DNA from: Escherichia coli | Lineage (GTDB): Bacteria; Pseudomonadota; Gammaproteobacteria; Enterobacterales; Enterobacteriaceae | DNA length: 64,000 nt | Direction: 5' to 3' (one strand) | Assembly: GCF_003018115.1 (NCBI RefSeq) | Contig: NZ_CP027457.1 | Part shown: one piece after another, positions 12,192 through 23,304 of the stretch | Layout: each line of letters opens with the position of its first letter | How positions within the stretch are numbered: position 1 is the stretch's first letter | Notes under the pieces: generated by a model | Told to the model about the DNA's origin: nothing | The model's input: the letters and a program-made list of their open reading frames with translations, nothing else | Database searches by the model: none | Translations under genes and position numbers: made by a program

Positions 12192-13228
12192 AGTGCTGCC
12201 GCGTTGTAATATTCGTCAGTGTCCGGGGCCATCAGTGCCTGCTCCAGACGCTGCTGTTGTTCGTTATCCCCTGCCAGCACGGCAGTTTGCTGCGGATTTA
12301 GCCCCAGTTTGCGAAACAGTTGCAGGTCTTTATCTTCTTCCGGATTCGGCGTGGTTAGCAGTTTGCAACCGTAGAAAATCGAGTTTGCGCCTGCCATAAA
12401 GCACATCGCCTGAGTCTGTTCGTTCATCTGCTCGCGTCCGGCAGAAAGGCGTACGTAAGAGGTCGGCATCATGATCCGCGCTACGGCAATGGTGCGAATA
12501 AAATCAAAGGCATCGACATCATCGTTATCGGCAAGCGGCGTGCCTTTCACCTTCACCAGCATGTTGATTGGCACGCTTTCCGGCGGCGTCGGCAGGTTTG
12601 CCAGTTGCAGTAATAATCCGGCGCGATCTTTTACCGTTTCGCCTAAACCCACAATGCCACCTGAGCAGACTTTGATCCCGGCATCGCGCACTTTTTCCAG
12701 GGTATCAAGGCGTTCCTGATAAGTACGTGTGGTGATGATATTGCCGTAAAACTCCGGCGAGGTGTCGAGGTTATGGTTGTAGTAATCCAGCCCGGCGTTC
12801 GCAAGGCGCTGCGCCTGAGATTCACTCAACGTGCCCAGCGTCATACACGCCTCCAGCCCCATCGCTTTTACCCCCTGCACCATTTGTTCCAGGTACGGCA
12901 TATCGCGTTCGTGGGGATTCTTCCACGCCGCGCCCATACAGAAACGCGTCGATCCTGCCGCTTTCGCTTTGCGCGCCGACTCCAGCACCTGTTCAACTTC
13001 CATCAACCTCTCGGCTTCCAGCCCGGTTTTGTAGCGCGAGCTTTGCGGGCAGTATTTGCAATCTTCCGGACAAGCTCCGGTCTTAATCGACAGCAACGTG
13101 CTGACCTGCACCTGACGAGGATCGAAATGCTGGCGATGCACCTGCTGCGCTTCAAACAGCAGATCCAGCAACGGTTTTTCAAATAATTCTGTGACTTGCG
13201 ACAATGTCCAGCGTGGGCGGTGAGCCAT
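12188..13228 (-). CDS. bioB: Biotin synthase BioB
   Basis: 346-aa translation [35 protein letters not shown]... with CPEDCKYC radical SAM motif. Confidence 0.95.
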   Translation of the reverse strand: MAHRPRWTLSQVTELFEKPLLDLLFEAQQVHRQHFDPRQVQVSTLLSIKTGACPEDCKYCPQSSRYKTGLEAERLMEVEQVLESARKAKAAGSTRFCMGAAWKNPHERDMPYLEQMVQGVKAMGLEACMTLGTLSESQAQRLANAGLDYYNHNLDTSPEFYGNIITTRTYQERLDTLEKVRDAGIKVCSGGIVGLGETVKDRAGLLLQLANLPTPPESVPINMLVKVKGTPLADNDDVDAFDFIRTIAVARIMMPTSYVRLSAGREQMNEQTQAMCFMAGANSIFYGCKLLTTPNPEEDKDLQLFRKLGLNPQQTAVLAGDNEQQQRLEQALMAPDTDEYYNAAAL

Positions 13229-13273
13229 GGGGCTTCTCCAAAACGTGTTTTTTGTTGTTAATTCGGTGTAGAC

Positions 13274-13307
13274 TTGTAAACCTAAATCTTTTCAATTTGG
13301 TTTACAA
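13274..13307. promoter_or_regulatory. bioO: bio operator (BirA binding site) in the divergent bioA/bioBFCD promoter region
   Basis: Palindrome TTGTAAACC-N-GGTTTACAA between divergent bioB and bioA. Confidence 0.8.
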
Positions 13308-13314
13308 GTCGATT

Positions 13315-14604
13315 ATGACAACGGACGATCTTGCCTTTGACCAACGCCATATCTGGCACCCATACACATCCATGACCTCCCCGTTACCGGTTTATCCGGT
13401 GGCAAGCGCCGAAGGTTGCGAGCTAATTTTGTCTGATGGCAGACGCCTGGTTGACGGTATGTCGTCCTGGTGGGCGGCGATCCACGGCTACAATCACCCG
13501 CAGCTTAATGCGGCGATGAAGACGCAAATTGATGCCATGTCGCATGTGATGTTTGGCGGTATCACTCATGCGCCAGCCATTGAGCTGTGCCGCAAACTGG
13601 TGGCGATGACGCCGCAACCGCTGGAATGCGTTTTTCTCGCGGACTCCGGCTCCGTAGCGGTGGAAGTGGCGATGAAAATGGCGTTGCAGTACTGGCAGGC
13701 CAAAGGCGAAGCGCGCCAGCGTTTTCTGACCTTCCGCAATGGTTATCATGGCGATACCTTTGGCGCGATGTCGGTGTGCGATCCGGACAACTCAATGCAC
13801 AGCCTGTGGAAAGGCTATCTGCCAGAAAACTTGTTTGCTCCCGCCCCGCAAAGCCGCATGGATGGTGAATGGGATGAGCGCGATATGGTGGGCTTTGCCC
13901 GCCTGATGGCGGCGCATCGTCATGAAATCGCGGCGGTGATCATTGAACCGATTGTCCAGGGCGCAGGCGGGATGCGCATGTACCATCCGGAATGGTTAAA
14001 ACGAATCCGCAAAATGTGCGATCGCGAAGGTATCTTGCTGATTGCCGACGAGATCGCCACCGGATTTGGTCGTACCGGCAAACTGTTTGCCTGTGAACAT
14101 GCAGAAATCGCGCCGGACATTTTGTGCCTCGGTAAAGCCTTAACCGGCGGCACAATGACCCTTTCCGCCACACTCACCACGCGCGAGGTTGCAGAAACCA
14201 TCAGTAACGGCGAAGCCGGCTGCTTTATGCACGGGCCAACTTTTATGGGCAATCCGCTGGCCTGTGCGGCTGCAAACGCCAGCCTGGCGATTCTCGAATC
14301 TGGCGACTGGCAGCAACAGGTGGCGGCTATTGAAGTACAGCTGCGCGAGCAACTTGCCCCCGCCCGTGATGCCGAAATGGTTGCCGATGTGCGCGTGCTG
14401 GGGGCAATCGGCGTAGTCGAAACAACTCGTCCGGTGAATATGGCGGCGCTGCAAAAATTCTTTGTCGAACAGGGTGTCTGGATCCGGCCTTTTGGCAAAC
14501 TGATTTACCTGATGCCGCCCTATATTATTCACCCGCAACAGTTGCAGCGTCTGACCGCAGCGGTTAATCGTGCGGTGCAGGATGAAACATTTTTTTGCCA
14601 ATAA
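13315..14604 (+). CDS. bioA: Adenosylmethionine-8-amino-7-oxononanoate aminotransferase BioA
   Basis: Translation from [62 protein letters not shown]..., 429 aa. Confidence 0.95.
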   Translation: MTTDDLAFDQRHIWHPYTSMTSPLPVYPVASAEGCELILSDGRRLVDGMSSWWAAIHGYNHPQLNAAMKTQIDAMSHVMFGGITHAPAIELCRKLVAMTPQPLECVFLADSGSVAVEVAMKMALQYWQAKGEARQRFLTFRNGYHGDTFGAMSVCDPDNSMHSLWKGYLPENLFAPAPQSRMDGEWDERDMVGFARLMAAHRHEIAAVIIEPIVQGAGGMRMYHPEWLKRIRKMCDREGILLIADEIATGFGRTGKLFACEHAEIAPDILCLGKALTGGTMTLSATLTTREVAETISNGEAGCFMHGPTFMGNPLACAAANASLAILESGDWQQQVAAIEVQLREQLAPARDAEMVADVRVLGAIGVVETTRPVNMAALQKFFVEQGVWIRPFGKLIYLMPPYIIHPQQLQRLTAAVNRAVQDETFFCQ

Positions 14605-14662
14605 CGGGAAGTCAGCGTGTGGGTTTCTGGCTACACTTTCTGCAAACAAGAAAGGAGGGTTT

Positions 14663-15139
14663 ATGAAACTCATCAGTAACGATCTGCGCGATGGCGATAA
14701 GTTGCCGCATCGTCATGTCTTTAACGGCATGGGTTACGATGGCGATAATATTTCACCGCATCTGGCGTGGGATGATGTTCCTGCGGGAACGAAAAGTTTT
14801 GTTGTCACCTGCTACGACCCGGATGCGCCAACCGGCTCCGGCTGGTGGCACTGGGTAGTTGTTAATTTACCCGCTGATACCCGCGTATTACCGCAAGGGT
14901 TTGGCTCTGGTCTGGTAGCAATGCCAGACGGCGTTTTGCAGACGCGTACCGATTTTGGTAAAACCGGATACGATGGCGCAGCGCCGCCGAAAGGCGAAAC
15001 CCATCGCTACATTTTTACCGTTCACGCGCTGGATGTAGAGCGTATTGATGTCGATGAAGGAGCCAGCGGCGCGATGGTCGGGTTTAACGTTCATTTCCAC
15101 TCTCTGGCAAGCGCATCGATTACCGCGATGTTTAGTTAA
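14663..15139 (+). CDS. ybhB: PEBP/YbhB family protein
   Basis: Translation MKLISNDLRDGDKLPHRHVFNGMGYDGDNISPHLAWDDVPAGTKSF..., 158 aa, RBS AAAGGAGGG upstream. Confidence 0.88.
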   Translation: MKLISNDLRDGDKLPHRHVFNGMGYDGDNISPHLAWDDVPAGTKSFVVTCYDPDAPTGSGWWHWVVVNLPADTRVLPQGFGSGLVAMPDGVLQTRTDFGKTGYDGAAPPKGETHRYIFTVHALDVERIDVDEGASGAMVGFNVHFHSLASASITAMFS

Positions 15140-15229
15140 TCACTCTGCCAGATGGCGCAATGCTATCTGGTATCACTTAAAGGTATTAAAAACAACTTTT
15201 TGTCTTTTTACCTTCCCGTTTCGCTCAAG

Positions 15230-15244
15230 TTAGTATAAAAAAGC
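15230..15244. repeat. attR: Prophage attachment site core, attR (P-O-B' read on the minus strand)
   Basis: Exact lambda 15-bp core GCTTTTTTATACTAA (as reverse complement) with bacterial B' arm CTTGAGCGAAACG on the ybhB side and lambda-like P arm on the phage side. Confidence 0.85.
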
Positions 15245-15691
15245 TGAATGCGAAACAGCAAACCAAATAATATCAATACGTTACAATGCATTTAGTCTAA
15301 AAAATAGACTGCATAATGCTACAAAACACAACATATCCAGTCACTATGAATCAACTACTTAGATGGTATTAGTGACCTGTAACAGAGCATTAGCGCAAGG
15401 TGATTTTTTGTCTTCTTGCGCTAATTTTTTGTCAACACACTGGGTTAGCTAAATTTACAACCATGCTCAGTATCTCGATAAGCGCAGAGAAATGATGCAG
15501 TGGTGGGCAGACTGGTTTGATAGGAAGGTGTAACCTGAAAGTAGCACACAGCCTTTATTCCGTTTACCAGGCTTTGTGCTATAACTCTTGCATAACATCA
15601 TTATTAACATCAATTTCCATTCAAATTGATTTTATTTAATCTAAATTAACAAAATGTAATCCTCATTTAAACGCATATTTAAAATCATTAT

Positions 15692-16756
15692 CTATTTCAC
15701 AAGCATATTTTTATTATTTCTTTTGAAAACAACATTGGTTAACAACCTTATTACAGGTTTTTCTAAGTAGTAACTAAATATCATTGACGTTATTAAAGCG
15801 AAGATAATCATTGCAGCATAAAGGATAATTGCTCCTGTATAGTCGGTTATTTTATAACCAATGCATCTTAAAAAGGTTGAAAGCACAATGAAAGAAATTG
15901 TATGAATCAAATATATAGAATACGAAGCATCCCCAAGCTTCATAAGTGCTTTGTGAACAAATGATTTTTCATTGAAAGAAATATTTATTGCGCCAAGAAC
16001 ACATAAGAGAGATGGCACCCCTACGTATATAATACGCTCATCACCAACACCCCATACATTAGTCCCAACAATTAAAAATAGACCTACAGCAAAACATAAA
16101 ACTGATAGTTTTATGTTTTGAAGAATCTTTTTCTGATAAACATAGCCGCATATCATACCGAATATGAATTCAAGATGTATCGGGCTGAAAAATAATCTTT
16201 GGATAAAGTTCAAGCTGCCCCAGTTATAAAACAAGAATGTATAAGTACAGAATAGGACGCCAGTGGCAACTCTTCCATATTTACCAAAAATACAGCACAT
16301 TAATGCTAGCGACATATAGAAGTAAACTTCAAAATTTAGTGTCCAACTTATTGCATAAATGGTTTCTGCCTTCCATGATTCAGATGGGTAAAACAAAAAC
16401 ATAGCGCTTGTTACAAACTTCCTGAAAGCATCATCAGGAATCTTGCCAGTTACCATTAAGGCTATAGCATAAAGCAAAAGAGACATCCAGAATGCTGGAG
16501 CTACGCGAATTAATCTTTTAATTATAAAATCACCAATACCACGATCGCTCCTCATGCACTTTCCGATAGTTATGTACATAACCATTCCAGAAATGACGAA
16601 AAATATATCAACTCCGTACTTACCGAACTGTACGAACCCCTGATCAGGGAGAATAAGTCGCGTAGATGGAACGAAGTGGTTTACTGCTACCTTGGCATGG
16701 ATGAACACTACCATCAAGGCCGCAATGCCTCGTAAATACTGAAGCCCAATAATCAT
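15692..16756 (-). CDS. Acyltransferase-3 family membrane protein, probable O-antigen acetyltransferase (seroconversion)
   Basis: 354-aa multi-TM translation MIIGLQYLRGIAALMVVFIHAKV...; located between att and tailspike as in Sf6 oac; AT-rich. Confidence 0.7.
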   Translation of the reverse strand: MIIGLQYLRGIAALMVVFIHAKVAVNHFVPSTRLILPDQGFVQFGKYGVDIFFVISGMVMYITIGKCMRSDRGIGDFIIKRLIRVAPAFWMSLLLYAIALMVTGKIPDDAFRKFVTSAMFLFYPSESWKAETIYAISWTLNFEVYFYMSLALMCCIFGKYGRVATGVLFCTYTFLFYNWGSLNFIQRLFFSPIHLEFIFGMICGYVYQKKILQNIKLSVLCFAVGLFLIVGTNVWGVGDERIIYVGVPSLLCVLGAINISFNEKSFVHKALMKLGDASYSIYLIHTISFIVLSTFLRCIGYKITDYTGAIILYAAMIIFALITSMIFSYYLEKPVIRLLTNVVFKRNNKNMLVK

Positions 16757-16767
16757 GAGGTTCTCCT

Positions 16768-16789
16768 AAAATGACATCCATGTCATTTT
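16768..16789. promoter_or_regulatory. Perfect 22-bp palindrome between the tailspike stop and the acyltransferase start
   Basis: AAAATGACATCCATGTCATTTT; possible terminator/attenuator or operator. Confidence 0.4.
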
Positions 16790-16850
16790 AGCGACTAAAC
16801 CACGATGGTAAAGATAATCATAACAACTATTCAACAGAGTAGTTTTGTGT

Positions 16851-18875
16851 TTAGTAAGCAACAAACGTTCCTGGAGATCCAGTGGCAGTGCATCGCAACC
16901 TGAATGGTGCCGTGGTTGCATTCACCAATACAAAATCCTCCCCCTTTCGCCAATAACCACCAGTTGGTATACCCTGAATCCCATTTTGACTATAACCTAA
17001 GTTGTACGTAATTTCTCTTAGGTATGGACCAATGTTTGTTTGCCAAGTTCCTGTTTCCACCCATACATTACTGTGTCGGAGTGATCTCCCCTGAAATGAA
17101 GCATTTGGTTGAGGAGTTACACCATCAACCATTAGACCAATAAATTTCATGGATCGAAGATAGCTAGGAGCTGAAGGTGAAACAGGAAATTCAAATGGCA
17201 CAGTTATTGTCGTTGTCGATAGATAATTGTTTCTGTCCCAAAATTTTATATTGATATCACCAAGATTAAACCTGTTGACATTTCTTATGTCAGCAATTCT
17301 AGAATCCATTAAAGATGGATTGTAAACAAACAAAAGATCACAATCCCCAATTGTTAAATTGTTCAAGGCTCCTTTATCACACGATAGAAACCTTACTCCC
17401 TCTATTTCTCCTGTTATTCTTCCTATAGACACCTCTTCTGCTAGAGTATTGGCGGACCTAGCATTCATAACAGACTTTGGAGTGTTACCATCTGTACCAC
17501 GAAATATATGTAAATGCTCAATATTTATTCTTGAACAATCAGCATAACTAACCGCACCAAGCCCGGTTCCGCCAACTTCAGCATATAGTATTGTCATGTT
17601 TGCATCTGTTGCACCAGCGATAGCTTCTTCACTTCCATCATAGTGGAAATAATCTATATGTATGCGACCACCTCCGTATATGCCATTGTCTGCACAATTT
17701 TTTAGATACATTCTGTTTACTGTTACTTCGATATCCTGCGCTGAATTAAGTATAGAACAACAGTCTACGGCAGATATTGAATTAATAATGTTATTTTTCG
17801 ACCCGTCAAAAAAATGCAGCAGTTGAGGCATAGAAGCATTGCTGTTACCAGTATTTACACAATTGTATCCTCTTATGACCCCAACAACATTATTGGAACC
17901 CTTGAACTGTATTCCAATTACACCAGTACCTGAACCAGATGGCGCGTAAAGCCCAGTTATATACACTGATTTAAAGGTATTGTTACTACCAGATACCCTG
18001 ATAGGCATGCAAGCTGTTTCATTGGCATCAATATTTAGATTAAAATATCCTTTTTCTTTAGTTATATTTACAATATTTCCATAAGTTGGTGATGTTGTAA
18101 TTAACTTGCCGTCATTAATACAATTAATTGAACGGGCTACAGAGGTTGTTCCTGTAAGTTTAATTGTAATCCCGTCTATCAGCACAGGACACCCAGGATA
18201 AGACATTGCAGAGTTGAATAGTTCTGTTTGGTCAACATCGCAACTATCTACAAGGCCTAAAGATTGTGCCTTAACTTCAGTTTGATATACAATAGCCTTA
18301 AGTCCATTTTCTATATCATGAATATTTGAATTATCTTGTATGCCTGAGCTAGATATTATATATACACAACTGCCACCGTCACCTTTTGAAAAAAAACCCC
18401 TCGTCTCAACAATATCGCCTTCCTTTAAATTCATATCTGATTTCATATCAGATACGGTGTCATATTTTCGACCATAATGTGATGAAAGACCTCCAATAAT
18501 AGCATATCCATTGCTACTTGATAAATCTACCCTTAGCCGGTCAGGGTCATACTTCAGCACATTAGGAAAATAGAACTGCTGTGCACCATACGCATCATAA
18601 ACAGCCATAGAATGGCCTTGCACGGTAACGAATTTGGCAATCTGTCCGTTATATACAGGGTAACCAGCAGCGTTAATGATGATTGGTTGAGAAACAGGAA
18701 CGTGAGAACCGTCTTCATTCTCTACATAAACCTGAATCTGGTTTTCAGGATTTACAGGGTCAGTGTCAATTTTACCGATATAAATTTTGCCATTGGCAAC
18801 CGCTTTAAAAGAACGCGCCATAGTGAAGAGTTGCGAAGGCATGCTTACCACAACATTTGCGGTGATATCTGACAT
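16851..18875 (-). CDS. Tailspike protein with P22 gp9-like N-terminal head-binding domain and divergent receptor-binding domain
   Basis: N-terminus [59 protein letters not shown] closely matches P22 tailspike; remainder unrelated. Confidence 0.85.
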   Translation of the reverse strand: MSDITANVVVSMPSQLFTMARSFKAVANGKIYIGKIDTDPVNPENQIQVYVENEDGSHVPVSQPIIINAAGYPVYNGQIAKFVTVQGHSMAVYDAYGAQQFYFPNVLKYDPDRLRVDLSSSNGYAIIGGLSSHYGRKYDTVSDMKSDMNLKEGDIVETRGFFSKGDGGSCVYIISSSGIQDNSNIHDIENGLKAIVYQTEVKAQSLGLVDSCDVDQTELFNSAMSYPGCPVLIDGITIKLTGTTSVARSINCINDGKLITTSPTYGNIVNITKEKGYFNLNIDANETACMPIRVSGSNNTFKSVYITGLYAPSGSGTGVIGIQFKGSNNVVGVIRGYNCVNTGNSNASMPQLLHFFDGSKNNIINSISAVDCCSILNSAQDIEVTVNRMYLKNCADNGIYGGGRIHIDYFHYDGSEEAIAGATDANMTILYAEVGGTGLGAVSYADCSRINIEHLHIFRGTDGNTPKSVMNARSANTLAEEVSIGRITGEIEGVRFLSCDKGALNNLTIGDCDLLFVYNPSLMDSRIADIRNVNRFNLGDINIKFWDRNNYLSTTTITVPFEFPVSPSAPSYLRSMKFIGLMVDGVTPQPNASFQGRSLRHSNVWVETGTWQTNIGPYLREITYNLGYSQNGIQGIPTGGYWRKGEDFVLVNATTAPFRLRCTATGSPGTFVAY

Positions 18876-18996
18876 TTCATTGCTCCAGACGAATGATATG
18901 ATGCAACCATGATGTGATTGCATACCGAAATGGTACTATTGAGTATTTATCCAGTAGGTTACGATGCCATTCCACCCAACTGGTGAGGCATCAAGG

Positions 18997-19263
18997 ATGT
19001 ACAGCAAATACGACGAGGCGCAGTTTCACTTGAGACTTCCGCATGAACTCCACGCGAAAATTAAGCAGCGTGCGAAGATGAATAACAGGTCGCTGAACTC
19101 AGAGATAATTGCAGCGATTGAAGAATCATTGGCTAAACAAAGCTCTGCACCAGTTTACATTGACGATGCAGAGCGTATGGCAGAACAACAATCCGATATA
19201 GTTAAGAAAATGGTTTTTGAAACGCTTAAGACCATGTATAGCAATAATAAAAAGGAAACATAG
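18997..19263 (+). CDS. mnt: Mnt-like ribbon-helix-helix repressor (immI-type)
   Basis: Translation MYSKYDEAQFHLRLPHELHAKIKQRAKMNNRSLNSEIIAAIEESLAK... resembles P22 Mnt/Arc family. Confidence 0.65.
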   Translation: MYSKYDEAQFHLRLPHELHAKIKQRAKMNNRSLNSEIIAAIEESLAKQSSAPVYIDDAERMAEQQSDIVKKMVFETLKTMYSNNKKET

Positions 19264-19333
19264 AAATCTAGTTTCCGACTAAAATGGCATTGCCTTCATG
19301 ATATCCTGTGAAAAACTAAGGAGAGTTAACCAT

Positions 19334-19819
19334 ATGAAAAAATCACTGTTAATTATCCCACTTCTGCTGGTTGGATGCGCAAAAGTAAGTGACTATCAAG
19401 CAAGTTGCGAACAACGCTATCAAAAGCTTAGCGATATGGCTAATTGCCTTGATGCCAGTGTGAAGAACGACTCACGCATGGCATCAGCACCAACACCTAA
19501 GCTGTATGTCCTTGCTGCAAAGGTGCTCGGGCAAGGTGTCGATGAAGGAAAGATAAGTGACGCACAGGCAAGACTTGAGCTTCAGAATCTTTATGTTCAA
19601 TTACAAAGCCAAGAACAAGCCCAACAAATAGCACAAAGCCAAGCATTCCAGCAGGCTTTATTGAATTATCAGGCTGTAAACACAATGCAAGCGATCGAGC
19701 AAAAAGCGCGCCAGCCTGTTATAACTCAACCTTACCCAACACGCGTTGACACATATACAAACTGCAATTCAGGATTTGGAAACACGGTAACATGCAACAG
19801 TAGCAGTAACATCAGATAA
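19334..19819 (+). CDS. Lipoprotein of unknown function (in the P22 sieA position)
   Basis: Signal peptide plus lipobox MKKSLLIIPLLLVGC; Q-rich mature region. Confidence 0.55.
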   Translation: MKKSLLIIPLLLVGCAKVSDYQASCEQRYQKLSDMANCLDASVKNDSRMASAPTPKLYVLAAKVLGQGVDEGKISDAQARLELQNLYVQLQSQEQAQQIAQSQAFQQALLNYQAVNTMQAIEQKARQPVITQPYPTRVDTYTNCNSGFGNTVTCNSSSNIR

Positions 19820-19909
19820 CAATCAGCAAAGGTATCGCCTATGCAGAGGAATACGATAAACCTCGCGTTCTACATATTTGGTTTTTGCACGTTCCTGGTG
19901 TTTGAAAGG

Positions 19910-21907
19910 CTATTCTGACAACGAATCAGACTTAGCACCCTGCGTCAGTGCATTAATCGCTTTTTGCGCTTGCTGCATGGCTTTCTCAAACGCTGTCGAT
20001 CCGCGTGGGGTGTTTGCCATTCGGAGCATTGCATTTCTGAATGGCTCGCTCTCATAGGCGCGAGTAAGAAGTCCGTAGCTTACTGCTGCGCCAGTTGTCG
20101 CCGGGTTCATTGCCGTACCATACCCAATAATGAACGGGATAGTTTGCTGCCCTGTTGGTGTTGTTACTGCCGCTTTTGCAGCCTGCTGCGTGGATTGCAG
20201 ATAGTTTTTTAATCCTTTCAGATAAGCAGCGTCCTGCCCCTTAAATGTGATGCCAGTATGGTTTTGCAGGATGTTAAGCTGCCGAAGGAACTGGTCAGGG
20301 GATCCGCCAGATTTCTCCATCGCCTTTCCAATGATGCCATTGCGCATTTGCGCCCTGCCAACACGACCAACTGAGTTATACAGCGTCTTAATTTCCGATT
20401 TGTTCTTGCTGAATAGCATGTTGTTGACAACTTCCGGCGTCAGGTCGCCTTTCATGAGAACATTCTTCAGCCTGGTATTCTTTAGTTTCGCCGCTTCGTC
20501 AGCGTAGACGGCATTGGCCTGCTGATATTTACGGAGAGTATCGTTGCCAAGATTCTGACCAATGGCACCATTGATATCGTCTGTCATTGCCTTGTAAACG
20601 CGCTGAATGGCAGCATCGGAACGGTTTGGTAACACTGGTCGTTCCCCCTTCACGTCCATTCTGAACTGGCTGCGCAGATCGCTTAATTGCTTCAAATCCA
20701 GATTTACCGGACCATCAGGACCAGCATTGCGAACAAGCTCATCACGATAGGACTGAAGTTTTGAAATAGTCTCGTTATCGGCGACCTTACCAAGCTTCTG
20801 CAGGTTAGATATTTCTGTATCAATCTGCTGAATTGCTCGAGCAGGCTGGATATTGACTCCCGCCATTGCATTCTGAACCTGCTCAAGACGGTTCCCTGCA
20901 GCACGACGAATTCCTGATGTTTTCGCTTTAAGGCTGTCAATAACAACAGCTGGATCATACTCACCGAATTTATCAGCAAATCTCTGCACCAACTGGCTTC
21001 TCGCTTCCTGTTGCGTTGCTCTCATTCCGCTTGTGCCAGCCAGAGGGATATTTTCTGCTGTAGTCTGCGCCATTTTTCCGACGCGGGAAGTTGGTTGTAA
21101 CAGGTCTGTGGTGTGCAGAGGAACTCCTTCACGCTCTGCAAATCTGATAGCCTGCTGCGCTTCTGGCGCAATAGCACCGCGAACACCACGATAAGCAGCA
21201 CCTAATCCACGTCCGGCAGCGTTAATAGCACCTCCAGCCAGCACACCAACGCCTAAATCGGTAGCGAGTGCTTCCGCATCATCTTTCGCACTATTTGCAG
21301 CAAGTGATCCAACTGCGTTTTCTGCTAGAAGGCGAGTTGCCCCCTGAGCAATTCGACCAGCAAGTGTTGGTGCCTGTACCGCCGCTCTCTCAACGCCAGC
21401 AGGAGTGAGGTAAGGCAATGCTTCAGCAAATACCCTTCCCTCTGTCGTTTGTGGAGTCAGCGCACCTTGCTGAAGGCCAAAGTCCTGCTCTAATCCCTGC
21501 GTTGTTACTCGTGGTGCTGGTTGATATGTACCATCGCCAATGCCGAGTTTACCGCCAGCCCAAGCCGCCGCGCTTGTTACAGCATCGGCAACTGATGCAG
21601 GTATGTTTGCCACGTTCACGCCAGCCTGCACCAGTCCACGACCAGTCTCTTTTACTGCTTCACCAAGATCAGACATAAATCCACTTTGCTGTGGTTGTTG
21701 CTGTGCTACTGGTTGTTGTGTCTCCACTGGCTGCACAGATGGCAATGGATAGGCAGCATAGAAAGCTTGCTTAGCCTGCTCTGCATTTTCTCCGGCTTGC
21801 GGGGCCACGACTTCATTGAAGTATTGCTCCTGAGCCTGCGCTTTTTGTTCTGGTGCTAACGCCTGATACTGTGGAGAGGCGATAACATCTTTCCATGCTT
21901 TAGCCAT
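19910..21907 (-). CDS. Ejection (injection) protein, P22 gp16-like
   Basis: 665-aa protein at the end of the gp7-gp20-gp16 series; position and composition. Confidence 0.7.
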   Translation of the reverse strand: MAKAWKDVIASPQYQALAPEQKAQAQEQYFNEVVAPQAGENAEQAKQAFYAAYPLPSVQPVETQQPVAQQQPQQSGFMSDLGEAVKETGRGLVQAGVNVANIPASVADAVTSAAAWAGGKLGIGDGTYQPAPRVTTQGLEQDFGLQQGALTPQTTEGRVFAEALPYLTPAGVERAAVQAPTLAGRIAQGATRLLAENAVGSLAANSAKDDAEALATDLGVGVLAGGAINAAGRGLGAAYRGVRGAIAPEAQQAIRFAEREGVPLHTTDLLQPTSRVGKMAQTTAENIPLAGTSGMRATQQEARSQLVQRFADKFGEYDPAVVIDSLKAKTSGIRRAAGNRLEQVQNAMAGVNIQPARAIQQIDTEISNLQKLGKVADNETISKLQSYRDELVRNAGPDGPVNLDLKQLSDLRSQFRMDVKGERPVLPNRSDAAIQRVYKAMTDDINGAIGQNLGNDTLRKYQQANAVYADEAAKLKNTRLKNVLMKGDLTPEVVNNMLFSKNKSEIKTLYNSVGRVGRAQMRNGIIGKAMEKSGGSPDQFLRQLNILQNHTGITFKGQDAAYLKGLKNYLQSTQQAAKAAVTTPTGQQTIPFIIGYGTAMNPATTGAAVSYGLLTRAYESEPFRNAMLRMANTPRGSTAFEKAMQQAQKAINALTQGAKSDSLSE

Positions 21908-23295
21908 TAATCACCCCATAGTGAAGAAAAGTTACTGCTGGCTGCTGGCTGTGATACCTGTGCAGGTTGAGATTGCTTCCGCTGAGATTTACCAACATTA
22001 ACGTTATATTGTTGGTTGTAATTGTTGGTGTATTCCTGAATTTCACGAATCGACTGCTGCATAGCCTCCGGGCTTGAATAGTCAACCTGCGGCATCCCCT
22101 GAAAATACATCTTCGCTTCTGCAACGGTGTTAATACCACTGGCACCCATGTCCCTTGCTGCCGCCACACCCTGATTCTGCATTCTGCCCTGAATACGTTG
22201 TGCTGAGTTATATAACTGGCGCTGCTCTTTTCCCGTTAATCGGCTGCGAACATCAGCACCAATTGCTGGATTACCTGCACCGCCTGTCATTCCTGTCATG
22301 AAATCGAGAGCAGAAGCGTCTGCATTTGCGATCGCGTCGATATCCTTCTTCATGGCATAGTTTTGTGCTGATGCAGACGATGTTGCAGGCGCAGCGATTG
22401 AACTGGCAGGGACGCGAACCATATTCCCCTCGTTGTCGATGCCTTCGTAGAACGCATTAGCCCCAGCGCCATGAAGCTTCCCGCCTACCGTTACAGTTCT
22501 GCCATCTGATAACTGAACTGTACGCTCATCATTCCCAGCGATTCCTCTTGTTGACGCTCGCTGCATTGCCAAATCCTGACCTCGTCGCGCAGTAGAAGCA
22601 GATAAGTCCTGACCGCGCATCGTGATGTTCTGGCCTCGTGCTGTTAGCGCCTCGCCAGCCTGATTGCTGCGGATTGTCTCTGCAAGTTTCCCGCGATCAA
22701 TCTCACGACCAGCCATCTTGTCCTGAACATTGAAGTAATCAATTGGACCAAGAGCAGCCATCCCAAGGTGATCAACAAACTCACCAAATCCTGAAGGATT
22801 CTGCTGATACATCTGAGCAACGTTATTAGGGTCAACACCGACGCGCGCCAGCTCATTGGCGTTGTTTTGCAGCCATGATTGCATTGCTTCTGGAGACGAG
22901 GCCGCAAGGCGTGCGCCAGCCGCTAAGGTGCCGATAGAATTGCGCTGGTCTTCATCAATGAATCCCATGCCTTTACGAACGGATTCAATCTGGTCTGGAT
23001 ATTGAGTAGCCAACTGACGCAAAGCACCGCGATCACCAGACGCATAAGCATTAGCGTATGCCTGCTGAAATTCTTTCTGCCGCTGAGCCTGCTTTTCCTG
23101 CTGAAACACCCCCGCAATACCTGAAAGGCCTTGCAAAGCAGTCAGCCCAACATTGTTAGCGCCTGAACGCTCAATATCATTGTTCTGCCTGATAAGCTGA
23201 AGCGTATTGCCGATGTCATTTACGCTCGGAGCGTTTGAGTTGACGCCGCCGATACCAGCCAACAATCCGCCGTTTGTTCCTTGCCAAGTAGCCAT
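21907..23295 (-). CDS. Ejection protein, P22 gp20-like
   Basis: 462-aa protein; synteny with P22 gene 20. Confidence 0.7.
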   Translation of the reverse strand: MATWQGTNGGLLAGIGGVNSNAPSVNDIGNTLQLIRQNNDIERSGANNVGLTALQGLSGIAGVFQQEKQAQRQKEFQQAYANAYASGDRGALRQLATQYPDQIESVRKGMGFIDEDQRNSIGTLAAGARLAASSPEAMQSWLQNNANELARVGVDPNNVAQMYQQNPSGFGEFVDHLGMAALGPIDYFNVQDKMAGREIDRGKLAETIRSNQAGEALTARGQNITMRGQDLSASTARRGQDLAMQRASTRGIAGNDERTVQLSDGRTVTVGGKLHGAGANAFYEGIDNEGNMVRVPASSIAAPATSSASAQNYAMKKDIDAIANADASALDFMTGMTGGAGNPAIGADVRSRLTGKEQRQLYNSAQRIQGRMQNQGVAAARDMGASGINTVAEAKMYFQGMPQVDYSSPEAMQQSIREIQEYTNNYNQQYNVNVGKSQRKQSQPAQVSQPAASSNFSSLWGD

Positions 23296-23304
23296 GATTA
23301 CCCC

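Noticed and set aside
13423-14673. Multiple minus-strand ORFs (up to 192 aa) inside bioA
   Set aside because: Antisense to bioA; no RBS or context support.
15236-15691. AT-rich region after attR considered as a possible small gene or RNA
   Set aside because: The first roughly 170 bp align by eye with the lambda attP P arm (Int arm-type sites); the remainder is most simply the acyltransferase promoter region.
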